64,000 bases of DNA from positions 13,332,001 to 13,396,000 of the forward strand of contig NC_087250.1 in the NCBI RefSeq assembly GCF_037042905.1, in the 5' to 3' direction. The translations under genes and the position numbers were made by a program. A model generated the notes under the pieces. The model was not told the origin of the DNA. It saw only the letters and a list, made by a program, of their open reading frames with translations, and did no database searches. This document shows positions 25,901 to 40,900 of this stretch, piece after piece (positions within the stretch are counted from its first letter, which is position 1; each line of letters begins with the position of its first letter). This stretch comes from Lytechinus pictus. Lineage: Eukaryota.

Positions 25901-28900
25901 CACGCCATAATAGCAAGTGCCGTATTTTCGTCAATGCACCCCTACCTTTCTGGGCATCGTAGACCCCGTCCCCCTTTTCTGTGCACCAATGTTCACCCCT
26001 AGATCGATAAAGTGATTGATAAAGATCAATTTGGTTGATTTTCAAGAAATAAAATCCTGATTTCGATTAGCGGCGAATTTATTACCAGTAGACCAAAGCG
26101 GAATTGTTTGAATACACGTACATAATATAGCACGCCATAATAGCAAGTGCCGTATTTTCGTCAATGCACCCCCACCTTTCGGGGCATCGTGACCCCGTCC
26201 CCCTTTTCTGTGCACCTATGTTCACCCCTAGATCGATGAAGTGATTAATAAAGATCAATTTGGTTGATTTTCAAGAAATAAAATCGTGATTTCGATTAGC
26301 GGCGAATGTATTACCAGACCAAAGCGGAATTGTTTGAATACACGTACATAATATAGCACGCCATAATAGCAAGTGCCGTATTTTCGTCAATGCACCCCCA
26401 CCTTTCGGGGCATCGTAAACCCCGTCCCCCTTTTCTGTGCACCAATGTTCACCCCTAGATCGATAAAGTGATTAATAAAGATCAATTTGGATGATTTTCA
26501 AGAAATAAAATCGTGATTTCGATTAGCGGCGAATTTATTACCAGACCAAAGCGGAATTGTTGGAATACACGTACATAATATAGCACGCCATAATAGCAAG
26601 TGCCGTATTTTCGTCAATGCACCCCTACCTTTCTGGGCATCGTAGACCCCGTCCCCCTTTTCTGTGCACCAATGTTCACCCCTAGATCGATAAAGTGATT
26701 GATAAAGATCAATTTGGTTGATTTTCAAGAAATAAAATCCTGATTTCGATTAGCGGCGAATTTATTACCAGACCAAAGCGGAATTGTTTGAATACACGTA
26801 CATATAGCACGCCATAATAGCAAGTGCCGTATTTTCGTCAATGCACCCCCACCTTTCGGGGCATCGTGACCCCGTCCCCCTTTTCTGTGCACCAATGTTC
26901 ACCCCTAGATCGATGAAGTGATTAATAAAGATCAATTTGGTTGATTTTCAAGAAATAAAATCGTGATTTCGATTAGCGGCGAATGTATTACCAGACCAAA
27001 GCGGAATTGTTTGAATACACGTACATAATATAGCACGCCATAATAGCAAGTGCCGTATTTTCGTCAATGCACCCCCACCTTTCGGGGCATCGTAAACCCC
27101 GTCCCCCTTTTCTGTGCACCAATGTTCACCCCTAGATCGATAAAGTGATTAATAAAGATCAATTTGGTTGATTTTCAAGAAATAAAATCCTGATTTCGAT
27201 TAGCGGCGAATTTATTACCAGACCAAAGCGGAATTGTTTGAATACACGTACATAATATAGCACGCCATAATAGCAAGTGCCGTATTTTCGTCAATGCACC
27301 CCTACCTTTCTGGGCATCGTAGACCCCGTCCCCCTTTTCTGTGCACCAATGTTCACCCCTAGATCGATAAAGTGATTGATAAAGATCAATTTGGTTGATT
27401 TTCAAGAAATAAAATCCTGATTTCGATTAGCGGCGAATTTATTACCAGTAGACCAAAGCGGAATTGTTTGAATACACGTACATAATATAGCACGCCATAA
27501 TAGCAAGTGCCGTATTTTCGTCAATGCACCCCCACCTTTCGGGGCATCGTAGACCCCGTCCCCCTTTTCTGTGCACCAATGTTCACCCCTAGATCGATGA
27601 AGTGATTGATAAAGATCAATTTGGTTGATTTTCAAGAAATAAAATCGTGATTTCGATTAGCGGCGAATTTATTACCAGACCAAAGCGGAATTGTTTGAAT
27701 ACACGTACATATAGCACGCCATAATAGCAAGTGCCATATTTTCGTCAATGCACCCCCACCTTTCGGGGCATCGTGACCCCGTCCCCCTTTTCTGTGCACC
27801 AATGTTCACCCCTAGATCGATGAAGTGATTAATAAAGATCAATTTGGTTGATTTTCAAGAAATAAAATCGTGATTTCGATTAGCGGCGAATGTATTACCA
27901 GACCAAAGCGGAATTGTTTGAATACACGTACATAATATAGCACGCCATAATAGCAAGTGCCGTATTTTCGTCAATGCACCCCCACCTTTCGGGGCATCGT
28001 AAACCCCGTCCCCCTTTTCTGTGCACCAATGTTCACCCCTAGATCGATAAAGTGATTAATAAAGATCAATTTGGTTGATTTTCAAGAAATAAAATCCTGA
28101 TTTCGATTAGCGGCGAATTTATTACCAGACCAAAGCGGAATTGTTTGAATACACGTACATAATATAGCACGCCATAATAGCAAGTGCCGTATTTTCGTCA
28201 ATGCACCCCCACCTTTCGGGGCATCGTAGACCCCGTCCCCCTTTTCTGTGCACCAATGTTCACCCCTAGATCGATAAAGTGATTAATAAAGATCAATTTG
28301 GATGATTTTCAAGAAATAAAATCCTGATTTCGATTAGCGGCGAATTTATTACCAGACCAAAGCGGAATTGTTGGAATACACGTACATAATATAGCACGCC
28401 ATAATAGCAAGTGCCGTATTTTCGTCAATGCACCCCTACCTTTCTGGGCATCGTAGACCCCGTCCCCCTTTTCTGTGCACCAATGTTCACCCCTAGATCG
28501 ATAAAGTGATTGATAAAGATCAATTTGGTTGATTTTCAAGAAATAAAATCCTGATTTCGATTAGCGGCGAATTTATTACCAGTAGACCAAAGCGGAATTG
28601 TTTGAATACACGTACATAATATAGCACGCCATAATAGCAAGTGCCGTATTTTCGTCAATGCACCCCCACCTTTCGGGGCATCGTGACCCCGTCCCCCTTT
28701 TCTGTGCACCTATGTTCACCCCTAGATCGATGAAGTGATTAATAAAGATCAATTTGGTTGATTTTCAAGAAATAAAATCGTGATTTCGATTAGCGGCGAA
28801 TGTATTACCAGACCAAAGCGGAATTGTTTGAATACACGTACATAATATAGCACGCCATAATAGCAAGTGCCGTATTTTCGTCAATGCACCCCCACCTTTC

Positions 28901-31900
28901 TGGGCATCGTAGACCCCGTCCCCTTTTTCTGTGCACCAATGTTCACCCCTAGATCGATAAAGTGATTAATAAAGATCAATTTGGTTGATTTTCAAGAAAT
29001 AAAATCCTGATTTCGATTAGCGGCGAATTTATTACCAGACCAAAGCGGAATTGTTTGAATACACGTACATAATATAGCACGCCATAATAGCAAGTGCCGT
29101 ATTTTGGTCAATGCACCCCCACCTTTCGGGGCATCGTAGACCCCGTCCCCCTTTTCTGTGCACCAATGTTCACCCCTAGATCGATAAAGTGATTAATAAA
29201 GATCAATTTGGATGATTTTCAAGAAATAAAATCGTGATTTCGATTAGCGGCGAATTTATTACCAGACCAAAGCGGAATTGTTGGAATACACGTACATAAT
29301 ATAGCACGCCATAATAGCAAGTGCCGTATTTTCGTCAATGCACCCCTACCTTTCTGGGCATCGTAGACCCCGTCCCCCTTTTCTGTGCACCAATGTTCAC
29401 CCCTAGATCGATAAAGTGATTGATAAAGATCAATTTGGTTGATTTTCAAGAAATAAAATCCTGATTTCGATTAGCGGCGAATTTATTACCAGTAGACCAA
29501 AGCGGAATTGTTTGAATACACGTACATAATATAGCACGCCATAATAGCAAGTGCCGTATTTTCGTCAATGCACCCCCACCTTTCGGGGCATCGTGACCCC
29601 GTCCCCCTTTTCTGTGCACCTATGTTCACCCCTAGATCGATGAAGTGATTAATAAAGATCAATTTGGTTGATTTTCAAGAAATAAAATCGTGATTTCGAT
29701 TAGCGGCGAATGTATTACCAGACCAAAGCGGAATTGTTTGAATACACGTACATAATATAGCACGCCATAATAGCAAGTGCCGTATTTTCGTCAATGCACC
29801 CCTACCTTTCTGGGCATCGTAGACCCCGTCCCCCTTTTCTGTGCACCAATGTTCACCCCTAGATCGATAAAGTGATTGATAAAGATCAATTTGGTTGATT
29901 TTCAAGAAATAAAATCCTGATTTCGATTAGCGGCGAATTTATTACCAGTAGACCAAAGCGGAATTGTTTGAATACACGTACATAATATAGCACGCCATAA
30001 TAGCAAGTGCCGTATTTTCGTCAATGCACCCCCACCTTTCGGGGCATCGTGACCCCGTCCCCCTTTTCTGTGCACCTATGTTCACCCCTAGATCGATGAA
30101 GTGATTAATAAAGATCAATTTGGTTGATTTTCAAGAAATAAAATCGTGATTTCGATTAGCGGCGAATGTATTACCAGACCAAAGCGGAATTGTTTGAATA
30201 CACGTACATAATATAGCACGCCATAATAGCAAGTGCCGTATTTTCGTCAATGCACCCCTACCTTTCTGGGCATCGTAGACCCCGTCCCCCTTTTCTGTGC
30301 ACCAATGTTCACCCCTAGATCGATAAAGTGATTGATAAAGATCAATTTGGTTGATTTTCAAGAAATAAAATCCTGATTTCGATTAGCGGCGAATTTATTA
30401 CCAGTAGACCAAAGCGGAATTGTTTGAATACACGTACATAATATAGCACGCCATAATAGCAAGTGCCGTATTTTCGTCAATGCACCCCCACCTTTCGGGG
30501 CATCGTAGACCCCGTCCCCCTTTTCTGTGCACCAATGTTCACCCCTAGATCGATGAAGTGATTGATAAAGATCAATTTGGTTGATTTTCAAGAAATAAAA
30601 TCGTGATTTCGATTAGCGGCGAATTTATTACCAGACCAAAGCGGAATTGTTTGAATACACGTACATATAGCACGCCATAATAGCAAGTGCCATATTTTCG
30701 TCAATGCACCCCCACCTTTCGGGGCATCGTGACCCCGTCCCCCTTTTCTGTGCACCAATGTTCACCCCTAGATCGATGAAGTGATTAATAAAGATCAATT
30801 TGGTTGATTTTCAAGAAATAAAATCGTGATTTCGATTAGCGGCGAATGTATTACCAGACCAAAGCGGAATTGTTTGAATACACGTACATAATATAGCACG
30901 CCATAATAGCAAGTGCCGTATTTTCGTCAATGCACCCCCACCTTTCGGGGCATCGTAAACCCCGTCCCCCTTTTCTGTGCACCAATGTTCACCCCTAGAT
31001 CGATAAAGTGATTAATAAAGATCAATTTGGTTGATTTTCAAGAAATAAAATCCTGATTTCGATTAGCGGCGAATTTATTACCAGACCAAAGCGGAATTGT
31101 TTGAATACACGTACATAATATAGCACGCCATAATAGCAAGTGCCGTATTTTCGTCAATGCACCCCCACCTTTCGGGGCATCGTAGACCCCGTCCCCCTTT
31201 TCTGTGCACCAATGTTCACCCCTAGATCGATAAAGTGATTAATAAAGATCAATTTGGATGATTTTCAAGAAATAAAATCCTGATTTCGATTAGCGGCGAA
31301 TTTATTACCAGTAGACCAAAGCGGAATTGTTTGAATACACGTACATAATATAGCACGCCATAATAGCAAGTGCCGTATTTTCGTCAATGCACCCCCACCT
31401 TTCGGGGCATCGTAGACCCCGTCCCCCTTTTCTGTGCACCAATGTTCACCCCTAGATCGATGAAGTGATTGATAAAGATCAATTTGGTTGATTTTCAAGA
31501 AATAAAATCGTGATTTCGATTAGCGGCGAATTTATTACCAGACCAAGGCGGAATTGTTTGAATACACGTACATATAGCACGCCATAATAGCAAGTGCCGT
31601 ATTTTCGTCAATGCACCCCCACCTTTCGGGGCATCGTGACCCCGTCCCCCTTTTCTGTGCACCAATGTTCACCCCTAGATCGATGAAGTGATTAATAAAG
31701 ATCAATTTGGTTGATTTTCAAGAAATAAAATCGTGATTTCGATTAGCGGCGAATGTATTACCAGACCAAAGCGGAATTGTTTGAATACACGTACATAATA
31801 TAGCACGCCATAATAGCAAGTGCCGTATTTTCGTCAATGCACCCCCACCTTTCGGGGCATCGTAAACCCCGTCCCCCTTTTCTGTGCACCAATGTTCACC

Positions 31901-34900
31901 CCTAGATCGATAAAGTGATTAATAAAGATCAATTTGGTTGATTTTCAAGAAATAAAATCCTGATTTCGATTAGCGGCGAATTTATTACCAGACCAAAGCG
32001 GAATTGTTTGAATACACGTACATAATATAGCACGCCATAATAGCAAGTGCCGTATTTTCGTCAATGCACCCCCACCTTTCGGGGCATCGTAGACCCCGTC
32101 CCCCTTTTCTGTGCACCAATGTTCACCCCTAGATCGATAAAGTGATTAATAAAGATCAATTTGGATGATTTTCAAGAAATAAAATCGTGATTTCGATTAG
32201 CGGCGAATTTATTACCAGACCAAAGCGGAATTGTTGGAATACACGTACATAATATAGCACGCCATAATAGCAAGTGCCGTATTTTCGTCAATGCACCCCT
32301 ACCTTTCTGGGCATCGTAGACCCCGTCCCCCTTTTCTGTGCACCAATGTTCACCCCTAGATCGATAAAGTGATTGATAAAGATCAATTTGGTTGATTTTC
32401 AAGAAATAAAATCCTGATTTCGATTAGCGGCGAATTTATTACCAGTAGACCAAAGCGGAATTGTTTGAATACACGTACATAATATAGCACGCCATAATAG
32501 CAAGTGCCGTATTTTCGTCAATGCACCCCCACCTTTCGGGGCATCGTGACCCCGTCCCCCTTTTCTGTGCACCTATGTTCACCCCTAGATCGATGAAGTG
32601 ATTAATAAAGATCAATTTGGTTGATTTTCAAGAAATAAAATCGTGATTTCGATTAGCGGCGAATGTATTACCAGACCAAAGCGGAATTGTTTGAATACAC
32701 GTACATAATATAGCACGCCATAATAGCAAGTGCCGTATTTTCGTCAATGCACCCCCACCTTTCGGGGCATCGTAAACCCCGTCCCCCTTTTCTGTGCACC
32801 AATGTTCACCCCTAGATCGATAAAGTGATTAATAAAGATCAATTTGGATGATTTTCAAGAAATAAAATCGTGATTTCGATTAGCGGCGAATTTATTACCA
32901 GACCAAAGCGGAATTGTTGGAATACACGTACATAATATAGCACGCCATAATAGCAAGTGCCGTATTTTCGTCAATGCACCCCTACCTTTCTGGGCATCGT
33001 AGACCCCGTCCCCCTTTTCTGTGCACCAATGTTCACCCCTAGATCGATAAAGTGATTGATAAAGATCAATTTGGTTGATTTTCAAGAAATAAAATCCTGA
33101 TTTCGATTAGCGGCGAATTTATTACCAGACCAAAGCGGAATTGTTTGAATACACGTACATATAGCACGCCATAATAGCAAGTGCCGTATTTTCGTCAATG
33201 CACCCCCACCTTTCGGGGCATCGTGACCCCGTCCCCCTTTTCTGTGCACCAATGTTCACCCCTAGATCGATGAAGTGATTAATAAAGATCAATTTGGTTG
33301 ATTTTCAAGAAATAAAATCGTGATTTCGATTAGCGGCGAATGTATTACCAGACCAAAGCGGAATTGTTTGAATACACGTACATAATATAGCACGCCATAA
33401 TAGCAAGTGCCGTATTTTCGTCAATGCACCCCCACCTTTCGGGGCATCGTAAACCCCGTCCCCCTTTTCTGTGCACCAATGTTCACCCCTAGATCGATAA
33501 AGTGATTAATAAAGATCAATTTGGTTGATTTTCAAGAAATAAAATCCTGATTTCGATTAGCGGCGAATTTATTACCAGACCAAAGCGGAATTGTTTGAAT
33601 ACACGTACATAATATAGCACGCCATAATAGCAAGTGCCGTATTTTCGTCAATGCACCCCTACCTTTCTGGGCATCGTAGACCCCGTCCCCCTTTTCTGTG
33701 CACCAATGTTCACCCCTAGATCGATAAAGTGATTGATAAAGATCAATTTGGTTGATTTTCAAGAAATAAAATCCTGATTTCGATTAGCGGCGAATTTATT
33801 ACCAGTAGACCAAAGCGGAATTGTTTGAATACACGTACATAATATAGCACGCCATAATAGCAAGTGCCGTATTTTCGTCAATGCACCCCCACCTTTCGGG
33901 GCATCGTAGACCCCGTCCCCCTTTTCTGTGCACCAATGTTCACCCCTAGATCGATGAAGTGATTGATAAAGATCAATTTGGTTGATTTTCAAGAAATAAA
34001 ATCGTGATTTCGATTAGCGGCGAATTTATTACCAGACCAAAGCGGAATTGTTTGAATACACGTACATATAGCACGCCATAATAGCAAGTGCCATATTTTC
34101 GTCAATGCACCCCCACCTTTCGGAGCATCGTGACCCCGTCCCCCTTTTCTGTGCACCAATGTTCACCCCTAGATCGATGAAGTGATTAATAAAGATCAAT
34201 TTGGTTGATTTTCAAGAAATAAAATCGTGATTTCGATTAGCGGCGAATGTATTACCAGACCAAAGCGGAATTGTTTGAATACACGTACATAATATAGCAC
34301 GCCATAATAGCAAGTGCCGTATTTTCGTCAATGCACCCCCACCTTTCGGGGCATCGTAAACCCCGTCCCCCTTTTCTGTGCACCAATGTTCACCCCTAGA
34401 TCGATAAAGTGATTAATAAAGATCAATTTGGTTGATTTTCAAGAAATAAAATCCTGATTTCGATTAGCGGCGAATTTATTACCAGACCAAAGCGGAATTG
34501 TTTGAATACACGTACATAATATAGCACGCCATAATAGCAAGTGCCGTATTTTCGTCAATGCACCCCCACCTTTCGGGGCATCGTAGACCCCGTCCCCCTT
34601 TTCTGTGCACCAATGTTCACCCCTAGATCGATAAAGTGATTAATAAAGATCAATTTGGATGATTTTCAAGAAATAAAATCCTGATTTCGATTAGCGGCGA
34701 ATTTATTACCAGACCAAAGCGGAATTGTTGGAATACACGTACATAATATAGCACGCCATAATAGCAAGTGCCGTATTTTCGTCAATGCACCCCTACCTTT
34801 CTGGGCATCGTAGACCCCGTCCCCCTTTTCTGTGCACCAATGTTCACCCCTAGATCGATAAAGTGATTGATAAAGATCAATTTGGTTGATTTTCAAGAAA

Positions 34901-37900
34901 TAAAATCCTGATTTCGATTAGCGGCGAATTTATTACCAGTAGACCAAAGCGGAATTGTTTGAATACACGTACATAATATAGCACGCCATAATAGCAAGTG
35001 CCGTATTTTCGTCAATGCACCCCCACCTTTCGGGGCATCGTGACCCCGTCCCCCTTTTCTGTGCACCTATGTTCACCCCTAGATCGATGAAGTGATTAAT
35101 AAAGATCAATTTGGTTGATTTTCAAGAAATAAAATCGTGATTTCGATTAGCGGCGAATGTATTACCAGACCAAAGCGGAATTGTTTGAATACACGTACAT
35201 AATATAGCACGCCATAATAGCAAGTGCCGTATTTTCGTCAATGCACCCCCACCTTTCGGGGCATCGTAAACCCCGTCCCCCTTTTCTGTGCACCAATGTT
35301 CACCCCTAGATCGATAAAGTGATTAATAAAGATCAATTTGGTTGATTTTCAAGAAATAAAATCCTGATTTCGATTAGCGGCGAATTTATTACCAGACCAA
35401 AGCGGAATTGTTTGAATACACGTACATAATATAGCACGCCATAATAGCAAGTGCCGTATTTTGGTCAATGCACCCCCACCTTTCGGGGCATCGTAGACCC
35501 CGTCCCCCTTTTCTGTGCACCAATGTTCACCCCTAGATCGATAAAGTGATTAATAAAGATCAATTTGGATGATTTTCAAGAAATAAAATCGTGATTTCGA
35601 TTAGCGGCGAATTTATTACCAGACCAAAGCGGAATTGTTGGAATACACGTACATAATATAGCACGCCATAATAGCAAGTGCCGTATTTTCGTCAATGCAC
35701 CCCTACCTTTCTGGGCATCGTAGACCCCGTCCCCCTTTTCTGTGCACCAATGTTCACCCCTAGATCGATAAAGTGATTGATAAAGATCAATTTGGTTGAT
35801 TTTCAAGAAATAAAATCCTGATTTCGATTAGCGGCGAATTTATTACCAGTAGACCAAAGCGGAATTGTTTGAATACACGTACATAATATAGCACGCCATA
35901 ATAGCAAGTGCCGTATTTTCGTCAATGCACCCCCACCTTTCGGGGCATCGTGACCCCGTCCCCCTTTTCTGTGCACCTATGTTCACCCCTAGATCGATGA
36001 AGTGATTAATAAAGATCAATTTGGTTGATTTTCAAGAAATAAAATCGTGATTTCGATTAGCGGCGAATGTATTACCAGACCAAAGCGGAATTGTTTGAAT
36101 ACACGTACATAATATAGCACGCCATAATAGCAAGTGCCGTATTTTCGTCAATGCACCCCCACCTTTCGGGGCATCGTAAACCCCGTCCCCCTTTTCTGTG
36201 CACCAATGTTCACCCCTAGATCGATAAAGTGATTAATAAAGATCAATTTGGATGATTTTCAAGAAATAAAATCGTGATTTCGATTAGCGGCGAATTTATT
36301 ACCAGACCAAAGCGGAATTGTTGGAATACACGTACATAATATAGCACGCCATAATAGCAAGTGCCGTATTTTCGTCAATGCACCCCTACCTTTCTGGGCA
36401 TCGTAGACCCCGTCCCCCTTTTCTGTGCACCAATGTTCACCCCTAGATCGATAAAGTGATTGATAAAGATCAATTTGGTTGATTTTCAAGAAATAAAATC
36501 CTGATTTCGATTAGCGGCGAATTTATTACCAGACCAAAGCGGAATTGTTTGAATACACGTACATATAGCACGCCATAATAGCAAGTGCCGTATTTTCGTC
36601 AATGCACCCCCACCTTTCGGGGCATCGTGACCCCGTCCCCCTTTTCTGTGCACCAATGTTCACCCCTAGATCGATGAAGTGATTAATAAAGATCAATTTG
36701 GTTGATTTTCAAGAAATAAAATCGTGATTTCGATTAGCGGCGAATGTATTACCAGACCAAAGCGGAATTGTTTGAATACACGTACATAATATAGCACGCC
36801 ATAATAGCAAGTGCCGTATTTTCGTCAATGCACCCCCACCTTTCGGGGCATCGTAAACCCCGTCCCCCTTTTCTGTGCACCAATGTTCACCCCTAGATCG
36901 ATAAAGTGATTAATAAAGATCAATTTGGTTGATTTTCAAGAAATAAAATCCTGATTTCCATTAGCGGCGAATTTATTACCAGACCAAAGCGGAATTGTTT
37001 GAATACACGTACATAATATAGCACGCCATAATAGCAAGTGCCGTATTTTCGTCAATGCACCCCTACCTTTCTGGGCATCGTAGACCCCGTCCCCCTTTTC
37101 TGTGCACCAATGTTCACCCCTAGATCGATAAAGTGATTGATAAAGATCAATTTGGTTGATTTTCAAGAAATAAAATCCTGATTTCGATTAGCGGCGAATT
37201 TATTACCAGTAGACCAAAGCGGAATTGTTTGAATACACGTACATAATATAGCACGCCATAATAGCAAGTGCCGTATTTTCGTCAATGCACCCCCACCTTT
37301 CGGGGCATCGTAGACCCCGTCCCCCTTTTCTGTGCACCAATGTTCACCCCTAGATCGATGAAGTGATTGATAAAGATCAATTTGGTTGATTTTCAAGAAA
37401 TAAAATCGTGATTTCGATTAGCGGCGAATTTATTACCAGACCAAAGCGGAATTGTTTGAATACACGTACATATAGCACGCCATAATAGCAAGTGCCATAT
37501 TTTCGTCAATGCACCCCCACCTTTCGGGGCATCGTGACCCCGTCCCCCTTTTCTGTGCACCAATGTTCACCCCTAGATCGATGAAGTGATTAATAAAGAT
37601 CAATTTGGTTGATTTTCAAGAAATAAAATCGTGATTTCGATTAGCGGCGAATGTATTACCAGACCAAAGCGGAATTGTTTGAATACACGTACATAATATA
37701 GCACGCCATAATAGCAAGTGCCGTATTTTCGTCAATGCACCCCCACCTTTCGGGGCATCGTAAACCCCGTCCCCCTTTTCTGTGCACCAATGTTCACCCC
37801 TAGATCGATAAAGTGATTAATAAAGATCAATTTGGTTGATTTTCAAGAAATAAAATCCTGATTTCGATTAGCGGCGAATTTATTACCAGACCAAAGCGGA

Positions 37901-40900
37901 ATTGTTTGAATACACGTACATAATATAGCACGCCATAATAGCAAGTGCCGTATTTTCGTCAATGCACCCCTACCTTTCTGGGCATCGTAGACCCCGTCCC
38001 CCTTTTCTGTGCACCAATGTTCACCCCTAGATCGATAAAGTGATTGATAAAGATCAATTTGGTTGATTTTCAAGAAATAAAATCCTGATTTCGATTAGCG
38101 GCGAATTTATTACCAGTAGACCAAAGCGGAATTGTTTGAATACACGTACATAATATAGCACGCCATAATAGCAAGTGCCGTATTTTCGTCAATGCACCCC
38201 CACCTTTCGGGGCATCGTGACCCCGTCCCCCTTTTCTGTGCACCTATGTTCACCCCTAGATCGATGAAGTGATTAATAAAGATCAATTTGGTTGATTTTC
38301 AAGAAATAAAATCGTGATTTCGATTAGCGGCGAATGTATTACCAGACCAAAGCGGAATTGTTTGAATACACGTACATAATATAGCACGCCATAATAGCAA
38401 GTGCCGTATTTTCGTCAATGCACCCCCACCTTTCGGGGCATCGTAAACCCCGTCCCCCTTTTCTGTGCACCAATGTTCACCCCTAGATCGATAAAGTGAT
38501 TAATAAAGATCAATTTGGTTGATTTTCAAGAAATAAAATCCTGATTTCGATTAGCGGCGAATTTATTACCAGACCAAAGCGGAATTGTTTGAATACACGT
38601 ACATAATATAGCACGCCATAATAGCAAGTGCCGTATTTTGGTCAATGCACCCCCACCTTTCGGGGCATCGTAGACCCCGTCCCCCTTTTCTGTGCACCAA
38701 TGTTCACCCCTAGATCGATAAAGTGATTAATAAAGATCAATTTGGATGATTTTCAAGAAATAAAATCGTGATTTCGATTAGCGGCGAATTTATTACCAGA
38801 CCAAAGCGGAATTGTTGGAATACACGTACATAATATAGCACGCCATAATAGCAAGTGCCGTATTTTCGTCAATGCACCCCTACCTTTCTGGGCATCGTAG
38901 ACCCCGTCCCCCTTTTCTGTGCACCAATGTTCACCCCTAGATCGATAAAGTGATTGATAAAGATCAATTTGGTTGATTTTCAAGAAATAAAATCCTGATT
39001 TCGATTAGCGGCGAATTTATTACCAGTAGACCAAAGCGGAATTGTTTGAATACACGTACATAATATAGCACGCCATAATAGCAAGTGCCGTATTTTCGTC
39101 AATGCACCCCCACCTTTCGGGGCATCGTGACCCCGTCCCCCTTTTCTGTGCACCTATGTTCACCCCTAGATCGATGAAGTGATTAATAAAGATCAATTTG
39201 GTTGATTTTCAAGAAATAAAATCGTGATTTCGATTAGCGGCGAATGTATTACCAGACCAAAGCGGAATTGTTTGAATACACGTACATAATATAGCACGCC
39301 ATAATAGCAAGTGCCGTATTTTCGTCAATGCACCCCCACCTTTCGGGGCATCGTAAACCCCGTCCCCCTTTTCTGTGCACCAATGTTCACCCCTAGATCG
39401 ATAAAGTGATTAATAAAGATCAATTTGGTTGATTTTCAAGAAATAAAATCCTGATTTCGATTAGCGGCGAATTTATTACCAGACCAAAGCGGAATTGTTT
39501 GAATACACGTACATAATATAGCACGCCATAATAGCAAGTGCCGTATTTTGGTCAATGCACCCCCACCTTTCGGGGCATCGTAGACCCCGTCCCCCTTTTC
39601 TGTGCACCAATGTTCACCCCTAGATCGATAAAGTGATTAATAAAGATCAATTTGGATGATTTTCAAGAAATAAAATCGTGATTTCGATTAGCGGCGAATT
39701 TATTACCAGACCAAAGCGGAATTGTTGGAATACACGTACATAATATAGCACGCCATAATAGCAAGTGCCGTATTTTCGTCAATGCACCCCTACCTTTCTG
39801 GGCATCGTAGACCCCGTCCCCCTTTTCTGTGCACCAATGTTCACCCCTAGATCGATAAAGTGATTGATAAAGATCAATTTGGTTGATTTTCAAGAAATAA
39901 AATCCTGATTTCGATTAGCGGCGAATTTATTACCAGTAGACCAAAGCGGAATTGTTTGAATACACGTACATAATATAGCACGCCATAATAGCAAGTGCCG
40001 TATTTTCGTCAATGCACCCCCACCTTTCGGGGCATCGTGACCCCGTCCCCCTTTTCTGTGCACCTATGTTCACCCCTAGATCGATAAAGTGATTAATAAA
40101 GATCAATTTGGTTGATTTTCAAGAAATAAAATCGTGATTTCGATTAGCGGCGAATGTATTACCAGACCAAAGCGGAATTGTTTGAATACACGAACATAAT
40201 ATAGCACGCCATAATAGCAAGTGCCGTATTTTCGTCAATGCACCCCCACCTTTCGGGGCATCGTAAACCCCGTCCCCCTTTTCTGTGCACCAATGTTCAC
40301 CCCTAGATCGATAAAGTGATTAATAAAGATCAATTTGGTTGATTTTCAAGAAATAAAATCCTGATTTCGATTAGCGGCGAATTTATTACCAGACCAAAGC
40401 GGAATTGTTTGAATACACGTACATAATATAGCACGCCATAATAGCAAGTGCCGTATTTTGGTCAATGCACCCCCACCTTTCGGGGCATCGTAGACCCCGT
40501 CCCCCTTTTCTGTGCACCAATGTTCACCCCTAGATCGATAAAGTGATTAATAAAGATCAATTTGGATGATTTTCAAGAAATAAAATCGTGATTTCGATTA
40601 GCGGCGAATTTATTACCAGACCAAAGCGGAATTGTTGGAATACACGTACATAATATAGCACGCCATAATAGCAAGTGCCGTATTTTCGTCACTGCACCCC
40701 TACCTTTCTGGGCATCGTAGACCCCGTCCCCCTTTTCTGTGCACCAATGTTCACCCCTAGATCGATAAAGTGATTGATAAAGATCAATTTGGTTGATTTT
40801 CAAGAAATAAAATCCTGATTTCGATTAGCGGCGAATTTATTACCAGTAGACCAAAGCGGAATTGTTTGAATACACGTACATAATATAGCACGCCATAATA